Shown: positions 51,201-62,907 of the stretch, piece after piece
How the letters are laid out: every line of letters starts with the position of its first letter
Position numbering within the stretch: position 1 is the first letter of the stretch
From: Octopus bimaculoides
Lineage: Eukaryota
Length of the DNA: 64,000 bases
Reading direction: 5' to 3'
NCBI RefSeq assembly: GCF_001194135.2
Contig: NC_068983.1
Coordinates: 63,305,985 to 63,369,984, forward strand
The notes under the pieces: generated by a model
Seen by the model: the letters and a program-made list of their open reading frames with translations, nothing else
The model's database searches: none
What the model was told of the DNA's origin: nothing
Position numbers and translations under genes: made by a program

Positions 51201-51734
51201 CAGGGAACAGATAAATTAGGACCAAAACAAGGCATAAAAGGAATCCATTATAGCAAGCAAGAGAAACAACAATTGTAGTAGACATGCAATATTGGATGAT
51301 GGCATATTGGTAAAGAAATTCAAGAAGATCTATGTGGAAAGAAATGGTGGAAGAGGAAGATTGATGAAAACATGGGTGGAAGATTAACTTAATCTCTCAA
51401 AGGAGATAACAGTGGAGCACAAGTAGCAGAACACTGTATTAGAAAGAGCCTGGCTAACCTATTCAAGTATAGAAGAAAAGAGTAATAAAAATGACGATAA
51501 TGAAAAAGTAAATCTATGCATGTGCTTTGAAATGCAAGAGTCTGACTGAATGAGGACAAGTCCAGCACACTTGAGCACTCGTTCAACCGATTTAATTAAT
51601 ATCTGATCATTTTTGTTGCATTTTCAGAGAAACAATTTTCAATGGAAGTTTAGTTAATTGAAATGGAATGTAACAACAGCTTCTTTTTATTTGGAAAATA
51701 AGCAGAGGAAATATGAAAGAATTGGCTCCTGTAC

Positions 51735-51920
51735 CAGTGGCATATAAAAGCACCCACTACACACTCGGAGTGGTTGGCATTAGGAAGGGCATCCAGCTGT
51801 AGAAATGTTGCCAGATTGGATTTGAGCCTGATGCAGCTGCTGGCTCTCCAGACCTCAGTCAAACCATCCAACCCATGCCAGCATGGAAAACAAATGTTAA
51901 ACAATGATGATGATGATGAT
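51735..51920 (+). mobile_element. RTE-related 3' tail repeat with (GAT)n
   Basis: AAAAGCACCCACTACACACTCGGAGTGGTTGGCATTAGGAAGGGCATCCAGCTGTAG...GTTAAACAATGATGATGAT. Confidence 0.85.
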
Positions 51921-52149
51921 GTTGGTTTTGCAATGAGAAAGAACCAAGCTGATAAGCTGCATGAGTTACCATCCAATGTGGACAACCAAATTATCAAACT
52001 CCATTTACTTATGTCATCCAGGCATCAGATGAATTTTTCCTCTGTTTATGCCCCAACTCTTCACTCAATGGAAGTATCATTTTTTTTTTTTTTTTACAAA
52101 AGTCTCAGATTTTCTATTCTTTCTACACTTTTTTGTGGTGATTTTAGTC

Positions 52150-52909
52150 TTTTATCATTTACTTGTTTCAGTCATTAGACTGCAGCCATGCTGGGCATAC
52201 CATAAAGAAGTTTCAGTTGAATGAATCAACTCCAATGCCTTTTTTTTTAAAGCCTGATATGTATTCTACTGGTCTCTTTGGCTGAACTGCTATGTAATGA
52301 GGACATAAACAAACCAACACCAGTTGTCAAGTTGTGTCAGGGAACAGAGACAAAGGTATACACACACACACACACACACATACATACATACATATATATA
52401 TATCACACACACTTGCAGACCCTCGCGCATGCACACATATTCACCTCCCTTTTTCACTCTCCTGTCTTAGAAAGAACTTTTCCTCCACCACTTCCTCTTC
52501 CGGTCCTTCCACAATGTAACCTCGTGGACATCGGTGTTGATTTTTTCTTCCTCCGTTTTTCCCTTCTTTGAACTTTCCTTGTTTCCGACGAAGGGCTCCG
52601 CCCGAAACATCATACTCTCTCTCTTTCCTTTCCTGAGCGTCTAATAACACTATCCGTATCACGTCCTCATGTTATTTTTTGTTATTGTTTTTTGTCTTTT
52701 TTTTTAACCTATATATATATATATATATATATACATTTATACAGCAGGCTTCTTTCAGTTTCTGTCTACTAAATCTATTCACAAGGCTTTAGTTAGCCTG
52801 AGGTTATAGTAGAAGACACTTGTCCCCATTGTGTCACAAAGTGTGACTGAACCTTGGAACCATGTGGTTAGGAAGCAAACTTCTTACCATACACCCATGC
52901 CTGCACCTA
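52150..52909 (-). mobile_element. tRNA-derived SINE split by an insertion in its central microsatellite
   Basis: 3' half at 52150-52400 and 5' half at 52745-52909, both reverse complements of the 18504 SINE. Unrelated sequence lies between them. Confidence 0.75.
52460..52710 (+). mobile_element. Probable Penelope-like terminal (pLTR) fragment with a degenerate hammerhead-like core
   Basis: CCGACGAAGGGCTCCGCCCGAAACATC at 52585-52611: CUGANGA-like box, GGGC/GCCC stem II, GAAAC. Followed by (TA)n. Confidence 0.5.
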
Positions 52910-53725
52910 TATGCCAGGAAAACTTACGACTGTAATAAATGGTCTAATTTAGGACATTTTGCTATTGGTAAACTGACCGACAATGGTCATTCGTTATCTG
53001 TTGGAACTATGTTCCAAAATAGCTTTTGCAAATAGAATCATACTGATCCATCACAAGCACAGGCATAAAATGAACTGAACATGTCAGTTGAAACAGAATA
53101 TTTTATTAACTTCATGCTTGACATTCACAACCTATTTCGTTTTAAAGTCTTGTATGTGGTAACATGTTGGATGGAGCTCTGAAGCTGTTGTTAGGAAATA
53201 AAGTCCCTTCATGTATTTTTTGTTGGTATAATGAACCTTGCAAGATATGACAAAATTTGTTTTAGCAAGTTCACATCGTGAATCTTGCAAATCATGAACA
53301 AAAACAAAATATCATTAAAATTCTCCATATCTTTCAAAAGTTATAGGTGGTTTCAAATATCATATAATATAGAAAATTAATTACATTTTCAATGTTTCAA
53401 ATTTAAAATTCTATATATTGATATCAAATCATGTTTAAAGTGCTCTACAAGTACTTGTAACGATACTTAGAGACAATTATATTTTCACACAAAATATATT
53501 GATGGTATATACTGGAATGCTGTTATTAAATTCCTCATTTCAAAGTATGCTATATGACATACCATAGAAGACAGAAATTAAGTCTCATATTTAAATACAT
53601 TTATACAAGATTTATAAAATATATATGCATTTTGCTTAAAAATTAAACTGAAAACTTTTGTAAAATTTCAAATATTGTGGACTCTCCTGTTGCAGATGAA
53701 AGATTAGGGTTCTGCATTTTCTTAC

Positions 53726-53849
53726 TGAACAATTTATACAGAGGATTTGCTTATAGTGATCAAATGTTGTATTGTACATTAGCTCCCTCCCTCCATCAAA
53801 TTGACATCGCATGTACGGGTACATGGTATGCCACATGTCAGATGTCAAA
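53726..53849 (-). CDS. Candidate internal exon of unidentified host gene (124 bp, phase 2-0)
   Basis: Acceptor AGTTTTGCAATCAG|, donor TCA|GTAAGA. Single open frame LTSDMWHTMYPYMRCQFDGGRELMYNTTFDHYKQILCINCS. CpGs retained. Confidence 0.5.
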
Positions 53850-53980
53850 CTGATTGCAAAACTATATGAAATGAAATGCTTTGCTCAAGAACACAACACA
53901 CCAATTTACAATTCATAGAGCATACAATCTGTATTCTTTAGAAATATAAACAAATTTAACCATGAAACAATAAGAAACAA

Positions 53981-54362
53981 TAAAGCGAGTAGCCACATCA
54001 AATTGACAAATGAATGTTACTACTAATTTAACCCCAGGGATTATCCCCCAGCTTGTTTACGGTGCAACCTCTGCACCTTTTATGTACAATACATCGCTAG
54101 CAAGGGAAGCGAACCCCTACTACCCTCCAACAGCTGATAGGATCACGGAACCAGCTGGTTTCAAGTTATTTGGTTCACGTTAGCCACGTGCACTTGCACA
54201 GTGGAGTGTGGCTAAGATCTGCTTCTGCCAGCGATATATTGTAAACAACGTGACCATCAGTCACTGATTTGCAACAAGCAAAATACCTAGTTATAAAATC
54301 TCAAGAAGAGATATAGTAATGTATACTAAACCGTAAAGCAAGTAGCCACATCAAAGTGGCAG
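53981..54362 (-). mobile_element. Hammerhead-containing ~353-bp monomer (retrozyme/Penelope-pLTR-like), copy 1
   Basis: Terminal direct repeat TAAAGC(G/A)AGTAGCCACATCAAA at 53981 and 54334 (period 353). The whole unit is an inverted, permuted homolog of 54371-54763. Confidence 0.8.
54144..54188 (-). ncRNA. Degenerate type I hammerhead ribozyme-like motif (copy 1)
   Basis: Minus strand CGTGG-CTAACGT-GAACCAAATAACTT-GAA-ACCAGCTGGT-T-CCGTG, with palindromic stem III. Several core mutations, likely inactive. Confidence 0.5.
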
Positions 54363-54370
54363 AGGTATTA

Positions 54371-54763
54371 TACATAAAGGCTGCAGAGCTTGCACCGAAA
54401 ACCAGCTGGCGGAGAATCCGCTTGGGGTTAAACTAGTAGTAACATTCATCTGCTACTTTGATGTGGCTACTCACTTTACTGTATAGTATACCTTACTACT
54501 CTATCTCTTCTTGAGATTTTATAACTACCTATTTTGCTTGTTGCAAATCAGTGACTAATGGTCACTTTGTTTGCAATATATCACTGGCAGATCTTAGCTA
54601 CAGAAGAAGATCTTAGCTACACTCTACTCCACAGGTGCACGCAGCTGATGTGAGCCAAATAGGACGAAACCGGCCGGTCTCGCGATGCTGCCAGCTGTTG
54701 GAGGGCAGTAGGAGTTTTCTCCCCCTGCTAGCAATGTATTGCACATAAAAGGTGCAGAACTTG
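54371..54763 (+). mobile_element. Hammerhead-containing monomer, copy 2 (different circular permutation)
   Basis: Terminal direct repeat CATAAAGGCTGCAGAGCTTG / CATAAAAGGTGCAGAACTTG. The period is about 371 because of an internal ~18-bp duplication around AGATCTTAGCTAC. Confidence 0.8.
54640..54684 (+). ncRNA. Type I hammerhead ribozyme-like motif (copy 2)
   Basis: CGCAG-CTGATGT-GAGCCAAATAGGAC-GAA-ACCGGCCGGT-C-TCGCG: CUGAUG box (A9 replaced by U), GAAA box, palindromic stem III, GUC triplet ending at 54679, and partial stem I pairing. Confidence 0.65.
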
Positions 54764-54879
54764 TTCCATCTACTCTGCGTTTCGAAGGCATCGAAATGTG
54801 GAGGAACCAGCTACCCATCAAGCCAAGTAAAACCACAGTCATGTAAGATACCAATGCCACGCAAATGGCACCTATGCTG

Positions 54880-55060
54880 GTGGCACATAAAAGCACCCAT
54901 TACACTCTCGGAATGGTTAGCATTAGGAAGGGCATCCAGCTATAGAACTGATGCCAAAACAGACTGGAGTCTGGTGCAGCGTTCCTGTTTGCCAGTCCTG
55001 GTCAAACCGTCCAACCCAAGCCAGCATGGACAACGGACATTAGATGATGATGATGATGAT
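54880..55060 (+). mobile_element. RTE-related 3' tail repeat with (GAT)n
   Basis: Same tail module, ending GGACATTAGATGATGATGAT. Confidence 0.85.
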
Positions 55061-55269
55061 ACACCATACCTCTGATATATTGGTATACAACTGAAGGTAG
55101 AATTCAAATGATTCAATGTATGTATTTGACTGAAAGCTAAACATTGTTTTTTTACTTTTCATCAACTGCAGATATCACATTATTCCTTTGGTGTAAATGC
55201 TTCAGTCAACAAATTTTTGTCTGTTTGAGGTGGGTAATATAGCAGATTTTCAAATAATAGTACATGTAA

Positions 55270-56700
55270 CAATAAAATTTTTCACACACCCTAACCCAAT
55301 ACACCAAACTACATCTTTCTCTTCCTCACATTGCATTTTTTTCATGCACTATGCTTACATGTATCTCTCGCTACCCACTCCTGTAGCCCAAACCCATCCT
55401 CACTGCCTACCCATTGTATCATTGCTATCCTGTTTTCCCTTCTCCCTCAATATACCCAGGTTTCATCAGTCACTGCATTTCCCACTGCTTTTTGCATTCA
55501 TGTAAACTCCTTACTCCCTACTTAGACACCCCTAGTAATACTCTACCATTCCATTTATATTCTGATTCCCATACCTTGAGGGTATGCCCTGGCACATTGC
55601 CACCATCTCTCTCCTGCTCTCTGTCTCACCCTTCCTCTCTCTCTCTTCTACTCTCACACTCTCACTCTCTTCCACTTTCTCTCATTCTTCATCACTCACA
55701 CACTCTCTCTTTCTTTTGCTCACTCCCTCTGACTGGGTAACCATGTATCCCTTCTACAGGAAAACACCTGTTCCTGTCCTTCTGTCACACTCTAACCTCT
55801 CATCACCTGGCACTAGGTCACCTCCTCCAATACAGCCCCTCTCAAAAGGTCTTTATCTTGCAAGTTACTTGGTGACTTTGTCAGAGTTGGTACTATGTAA
55901 AAAGAATTTAATCCACACTGTAAAACGGTTGGTATTTGGAAGGGCATCCAGCCAAAAAAAAAACTATGCCAAAGCAGATCTCAGTGGTGCTGGTGCCACA
56001 TAAAATGCACCAAGGCCACTCTGTAAAGTGGTTGGCATTAGGAAGGCCATCCAGCTCTATAAACCATGCTATAATACATTTCACCAGTGCTGGGGCCACA
56101 TAAAAAGCACTCAGTGTACTTTGTAATGTGATTAGCATTACGAAAGGAATCCAGTTGTAAAAATAATGCCAAAACAGATAGTGAAGTCTGGTGCAGTCTT
56201 CTAGCTTGCCAGCTCCTGTCAAACTCCAACCCATGTCAGCATGGAAAATGGCCATATGATGATGATGATATGCACACACATATGTCTATATACATATACA
56301 CAAGTAAAGGTTGTAGATTGTTTTCCCATATACACAATACTCTATATGATAATTGTCAGTGATTTGATGCAATACCTTGCAACATACAACAATGAAATAT
56401 CAAAGAAAATACAAAAGCTTCAATTACTGGGCAGAAGATCTGTCCTTCACATCAGAACTGATACTGGTGCTGGTGCCATGTAAAAAGCACTGGTGCTGGT
56501 GCCACATAAAAGGCACTCATGCAAGTGTCACATTAATAACAGTAGTGCCACATAAAATGCACCCAGTACATTCTGTAAAATGGTCAGCATTAGGAAGAGT
56601 ATGCCAGAACAATGGAACCAGCCCCCAGCATTACCAGCATCTTTCAAACTGTCTAACCCATGGCAGCATGAAAAACAGACGTTAAATGATAATGATGATG
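55270..56700 (+). mobile_element. RTE 3' UTR-type C/T-rich tract followed by several partial tail modules
   Basis: Pyrimidine-rich 55270-55830, then tail-module cores (...TTGG..TTAGGAAG..CATCCAG...) near 55930, 56030, 56130 and 56580, with (GAT)n at ~56258 and ~56686. Confidence 0.65.
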
Positions 56701-56736
56701 ATGATCATCATCATCATGATGATCATGATGATCATG

Positions 56737-56782
<46 letters not shown>

Positions 56783-56805
56783 GGAGGAGGAGGAGGAGGA
56801 GGACA

Positions 56806-56845
<40 letters not shown>
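56686..56845. repeat. Compound trinucleotide microsatellite (GAT)/(CAT)/(GAG)
   Basis: Directly visible; it generates the poly-D/E and poly-M ORFs in the track. Confidence 0.98.
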
Positions 56846-56846
<1 letters not shown>

Positions 56847-57794
56847 GTTGATTATACAGGATTCTTTAAAATGTAAAATGTTATATGAAGAGAAAATGAC
56901 TGTAAAAGAAATAGACCGAACATAAAACCTCTGATATACACAATCTTCCTTTTAACAAGAAACACTGGAGACAAATCAAATACAACCATTAAACACAACA
57001 TTAACATACTAGATACACAAATGACAAAAGTAATCAGACATGAATAACATTTATAATACACTTAGGACCCCGAAAATAAACACAAACAACAAATAATGTA
57101 CTAAGACTTTAAGAACAGATGGACATCATGTTTGGCCAGCACAAAGAAATAACATACCAACTACCTAGGTGATTGCTAACCTAGGTAGTGCAATAACAAC
57201 TAATTAAAGTTAAAACTCCGCACCTAGTGTGATTAATTCACTTATAATTCCAGCACTATATTTAACAGTCAAAAAATAGTTTGCATTTTTGAAAATAAAT
57301 GTAAAAACTATTTGTAGCTCCTGAAACAAGCATTTAGATAAGAAAGTAAGCACATCATACAATGCAAGGTCAACATATAACAGAAAATGTATTCTAGCTT
57401 TACTTGAGATACAGTTTTATAGTTCCATTTTTGTTTTTTTAGCTATTCTAACATGATAAGTAATGTCTTGACCAACGGCAGATAAGAATTTCCATTTACC
57501 TAGGAATTCCTTCATTTAAATTCATTTTGCTTATGTCAAATTAAAAGATAACCAAGTAACAAACATTAGTATTCAAGTTACGAAGATAATGTTGCTTCAT
57601 GAAATGTCACCATCTCATAGTTGTTACATGGAATACTAAGTAAATATTTGGAAATCTCTAGAAAATGCTTTTAAAAATGATCAATAAATATTTCAGATGA
57701 ATTTCTTGAAGGAAAAATAAGATGTGAGGCTATAGAAAGAATAGCTGAAATAAGATATTGAATATTTTATATATTTAATAGCATTATATATATA

Positions 57795-58236
57795 NNNNNN
57801 NNNNNNNNNNNNNNNNNNNNNNNNNNNNNNNNNNNNNNNNNNNNNNNNNNNNNNNNNNNNNNNNNNNNNNNNNNNNNNNNNNNNNNNNNNNNNNNNNNNN
57901 NNNNNNNNNNNNNNNNNNNNNNNNNNNNNNNNNNNNNNNNNNNNNNNNNNNNNNNNNNNNNNNNNNNNNNNNNNNNNNNNNNNNNNNNNNNNNNNNNNNN
58001 NNNNNNNNNNNNNNNNNNNNNNNNNNNNNNNNNNNNNNNNNNNNNNNNNNNNNNNNNNNNNNNNNNNNNNNNNNNNNNNNNNNNNNNNNNNNNNNNNNNN
58101 NNNNNNNNNNNNNNNNNNNNNNNNNNNNNNNNNNNNNNNNNNNNNNNNNNNNNNNNNNNNNNNNNNNNNNNNNNNNNNNNNNNNNNNNNNNNNNNNNNNN
58201 NNNNNNNNNNNNNNNNNNNNNNNNNNNNNNNNNNNN
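57795..58236. other. Assembly gap
   Basis: N run. Confidence 1.
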
Positions 58237-58734
58237 CGGAATACAATTCCTTCTTCAGATATTCTTAGATGGAGTCGCTGCTATAATCTGTTTTCCAACA
58301 GCTTTTCTTTTTACAGAAACGTCTCAGCAGTGGTCTCACAAAGCTCCTTCCAGAATTCCTCATGAGAAGTGCGTGAGGTCGGCTATGTCTCAACCTCGCG
58401 TGTGTTGGTACATCTGTAGCGCTGCTTCTAAGTTATGTATTATATGAACAGCTTCCTTTTTTTCCCTCTTCTCTTTTTTTTTTTTTGTTATAAACAATAG
58501 ATGAGCATATCAAAAATGAACCTCATGCATCCAAATGTAGCTAAATAATATACTGATTACCAACTTCCAGCCTGTTGTTAATTTGGGATCCTGGTCCTAG
58601 TCTGAAGTAGTCCTAGTCCTAGTCTGTCCACGTTGATGTATCTTCTTTGATATTTCACTGTTGTATGTTGCAAGGTATTGCATCAAATCACTGACAATTA
58701 TCATATAGAGTATTGTGTATATGGGAAAACAATC

Positions 58735-59305
58735 TACAACCTTTTGTCCATCATCGTGGACAACACCCACTTCGCTTTCCAGGACCATATATACAAACAG
58801 ACAACAGGTCTCCCCATGGGATCCAGACTCTCGGGCCTACTAGCCATCACTTATATGAACCATCTGGAACGTTGCGCACTCAACATCTGCCGCTCATGCG
58901 CCTTCTTCACCAGGTATGTAGATGACATCCTCATACTCACATGCTCCCATGAAGAGGTTGAGAGAATATTCACAACATTCAAAAACATGGACATAAACAT
59001 AAAGTTCACTATAGAACATCCCGACATCACTGGATCACTATCATTACTTCACTTCAAACTGAATATAACAGAAGAAGGGAAGATCAACACTGAGTTCTAC
59101 AGGAAAGCAGCCAGTAGAGATAGGTTTGTCCCAATACAATTCAGCACTTCCACTCGATACCAAAATAGGACACGCCAGAAACGAACTTGCACACATCCAA
59201 GGCCAATGAGGCAGAACGAAGGAGAAGGTGACACATACTACATGCTTCCTAGATATATTGAAAACCAAAGGGTACCCTAGATCCATTGTAAATTGGCTTA
59301 AGTAC
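58735..59305 (+). mobile_element. Penelope-like element reverse transcriptase fragment (5'- and 3'-truncated)
   Basis: DNTHFAFQDHIYKQTTGLPMGSRLSG...FFTRYVDDILIL...IKFTIE...TEFYRK, then after a frameshift [16 protein letters not shown]...[11 protein letters not shown]. These are canonical PLE RT/thumb motifs. Confidence 0.9.
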
Positions 59306-59514
59306 CAAAGACGACCAACATGCAGAACACATAGAAAACCCAGCAACACATGCTTCCTTAAAATACCCTTCCTAATACCAACCACTCTGAGAGTGTAATG
59401 GGTGTTTTTACATGCCACCAGCACAGGTGCCATTTGTATGACACCAGTATCTCCCACGACCATGATTTTGCTCGGCTTGATGGGTCTTCTTCTCAAGCAT
59501 GACATAATGCCAAA

Positions 59515-62500
59515 GGTCTGTTGTTGATCTTTCAAGAGCTGGGCCAAGGGAAGCAACTTCTCTGCACAGTTAGGAATGAAACAACGATAATAATTAATTA
59601 AGGCAATAAAATTTCTGAGCTGTTTTAAGGAAATAGGAGGAGACAAGTGTTTGATGGCTTCCACTTTAGAGAGAAGTGGACGAATACCATCCGCATCGAT
59701 GGGATGCCTCAAGAATTCCAAACTGGTAGAACCAAATACACAATTAACTGGATTGATCTTCACATCATAGGAACATGGGCGCTTGAACACTTGGGTTAAG
59801 TGTTGGAGGTGCTGGTCTGGAGTACCACTGATGATTAGAAGGTCATCAAAATCTAACTCACAAACAACCTCATCCATAAACTTTTGGAACATGCTGGCTA
59901 CATTGCAAAGACCAAACAGCATAGACAAGAATTCAAATGCTCCAAAAGACGTGGTGACGGCTGTCTTTAGAATTTCATCAGGGTTGACAGGGATTTGATG
60001 GTATGTGCGTACCAAATCAATTTTAGAAAAATATCTTACAGCTGTGCAGAGCAGATGAAAAATCCTGCACATTTCGTAGGGGATAGCAATCCGCAATAGT
60101 GACAGTGTTAAGACATCTAAAATCTCCAACCAGTTGAAAATCAGCTTCATTCTTTCTGGCCATGTGTAAAGGTGCTGCCCACAGGCTCATGGAGGAATGA
60201 ATAAGACCCAGCTAAAGCATGTGCACGAATTCAGCCTGGGCAATCTGGAGTTTCTCTGGAGACAAACAGCACGGTCCAGAAAACATTGGAGGTCCCTTAG
60301 TCGTGATGAAATGACTCGTGGAATGGGTTGGATTCAATGGATGAAATGGCAAATCAGTCAACTCTGGAAATGAAGCGAGTAACTGGTGATAAGAGTCACC
60401 TGAAGCAGCCACAAAGAAAGAAGGGCTCACAACAGGAACAGGAGAATCCTTTCAGGAGATGGTGAGTGAGGTAGTGTCATCAATAAGTCGGTATCCTCTA
60501 AAATCCGCAAGGAGAGAATAGTGGTGTAAGAAGTCGGCACCAAGGATGGGATAGGGCAGGTCTGCAATGACGAAGATCCACTTGGAATCCCTACGGAGTA
60601 ATAAATCCAGGTTAAGAGAGATTTGTCCATAGGTTTTAATGGTGGAGTGATTCACCATGTAGAGAGATATGTCAGAAAGACCAGGATTGATGGAAATAAA
60701 CCTTTGGGGCCAAATACGTATGCTGGCACCTGTGTTCACCATAAAGGACATTAAAGAAATAGCATCGTGGATAGAAAATGCACGGTAAGGGGAATCAATG
60801 GATGAGACAACTGACGTGCCCCGTGCCTCTCTGCCTAGTTTCCCTGTGAATAGTAAGAGCAGGGTTGAGTACGCTTTTTGGCCTGGTCCTTGAATTTCCT
60901 ATGGTACCAACAAAATGTTGGAGCAGGAAGTGCGTGTCTGCATGAGAAAGAGTGGCGCCTGGTCCTCCCTGCAGAATAATGCTGTGAGGACGAACAGTTC
61001 CTGCACATGCGTGAAACCTGACGGGTCAGTTCTCTAATGGCTCGTAAGAATTCCAAGAATTGTGTGTAGTCCAAAGCAGAAGAAGTGCAAGCTTGCGAGG
61101 AAGATGAAGAAGCGACCATGACAATGTTATCAGAGAATGATAGTATGCTGGAGAATTCTATAATCCTGTCTGCTGAGGTGGCGAGTTGTTCAAGTGCCAT
61201 ATGTTCCACCATAGGAGTTAAAGTCGATTGGACATTAGAAGGCATCCTCAAGAAAAATAAGTGTTTGATGAATGCCTGTCCCTCATATGAGCTATCGGAC
61301 AACTCTTGTATCCATTGCAAAAACTTGGTGGAGTTTCGGTCCCAGAGATTCTCATCCTGCAAGAGTGTGCGAAATTTACTTTCATCCAAAGGAGAGTTAC
61401 ACCTGAGAACCTCAGTTTTGAAAGATTCATACGTCATGTTCGATAGAGTTCCTGTTATCATATCTCAAACTGAAAGCGCAAGAGGAGAAGGAATGACTGT
61501 AAGTGCAATGTGGAGTTTGCTCTGAGCCGACTGAATATTAGAAGAAATGAAAAACGATTCTAGTTGCAAAAACCACATCTTAGCATATCCATGATATTGA
61601 GGCAAGAGAAAATGACTCATCTTTAGATGATAATAGGAACAGAACATCACGAAGAATAAGCTGGTTGAAAGAAATGCTGTTAGAAATAGCAGTCAAAACA
61701 TTCCAGTTGAAAGATGACACGACAAGCATCAAACTTGGAATTTTTTAGCAGCAGAGGATGAAATGGGAGAAGTCCTTGCCAATGAATGAAGAACAAAACA
61801 ATGGCCAACATATGGATAATCCGGGTAGGGTTCAGAGAGAGAAACTCGTGCCTGGCATGTAGGAAAAAAATGTCCATATGAATTCCAGATAAAATTTTTT
61901 TTGCTTTTTCAATTGCAAGAAAATTCCCCAGAGAAGCTGTGTCTTTGAAGATCCAAGTTGTAAATTCAGTTACAACATGAGGAAAAAGTGATTTGCCGCT
62001 CCCACTTGAAAAAGGCGCCATTTTTTTAAATATCTTTTGTAGAGAAGACAATATGAGAGAGACATCAGTAGTATCTGAAATGTAACCAGGCATTTTACTG
62101 CTATTTTCAGCAAGAAGAGGACACTGTGTAAGAATGAACTGGTGTCTCGGGAAACATGAAGAAAACTGCCAAGAAGTTATTAGGATGAAATAACCATGGA
62201 ATTTTTTGTGTGAAAAACTGCAAAGGTCTCAGCTGCAAAGATGTCTTTAGTTATAGGCTCTGGAAGTCATTGACAACATGAAAGACTGTAGCATAGAAAA
62301 ATTTTAGCTTTTTACTTGTGATGGATGATAATATGGAGGCAGTCCTGAAGTTGAATGTCGTGAAGCATACAAATTCAATGGCTGTTGAAACAAAGAGTGT
62401 AGATCTTTTAGGAATGCATTTCTAAGTCAGGTCAGTGTTCCACGTCAGGTCACATTTTAGATGGCTTCACAACCTGAGAATATCACCATCCAAAATGGTC

Positions 62501-62868
62501 ATGAAGCTGTCTAATGAGGTCTCCGTTCAGAAGGCTATAATATCATTTGATAAAGGAGCACGGTACAATGAATTCATATAACAAGGCTGTAACTTTAAAT
62601 ACCTTTACTTGAGGTCTGAAACATATACAACTGAACAATAAAGGAAGGAGTTTGATGAATGGAGGCCATGTTCATCTTCTGTGTACTACCTCATGTCTGC
62701 TAGCTGGTGTGTGTTGTAAGAGAGCCAACTACATCATGTCTTTGCTCTCCAACGCCTAGATGCCAAAAGAGGAAGTTGCAAGGCCTAGTGTCAGAATCTC
62801 ACCACTGCTTGCACCATCTAGGAGGAGCTTGTTTAAACCCGCTGTCAATAGAGGTAACTGCACCTACA
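59515..62868 (-). mobile_element. Ty3/Gypsy LTR retrotransposon (CsRN1-like), 3'-truncated in RT, with gag, protease and RT pseudogenes and a probable PBS and 5' LTR
   Basis: gag (WFLQLES...FCWYHRKF...PCSY) at 60835-61650. Protease (VNTGAS...PILGADFL) at 60452-60751. RT ([14 protein letters not shown]...[12 protein letters not shown]...DDLLI...INYYRCFIP) at 59515-60150. PBS-like CACGTCAGGTCACA at 62441-62454 is a degenerate complement of TGGTGACCCCGACGTG. Putative LTR ~62457-62868 starts TGTAG on minus (low certainty). Confidence 0.85.
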
Positions 62869-62907
62869 AATGCATCCCTAGTTTACTTGAGTTATTTGTT
62901 ACCTAAC

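Noticed and set aside
61681-61697. 17-bp match TAGAAATAGCAGTCAAA shared with the 26.5-kb hairpin arm
   Set aside because: Too short in AT-rich DNA, and similar motifs occur at ~11790 (reverse) and ~33547; no extended homology.
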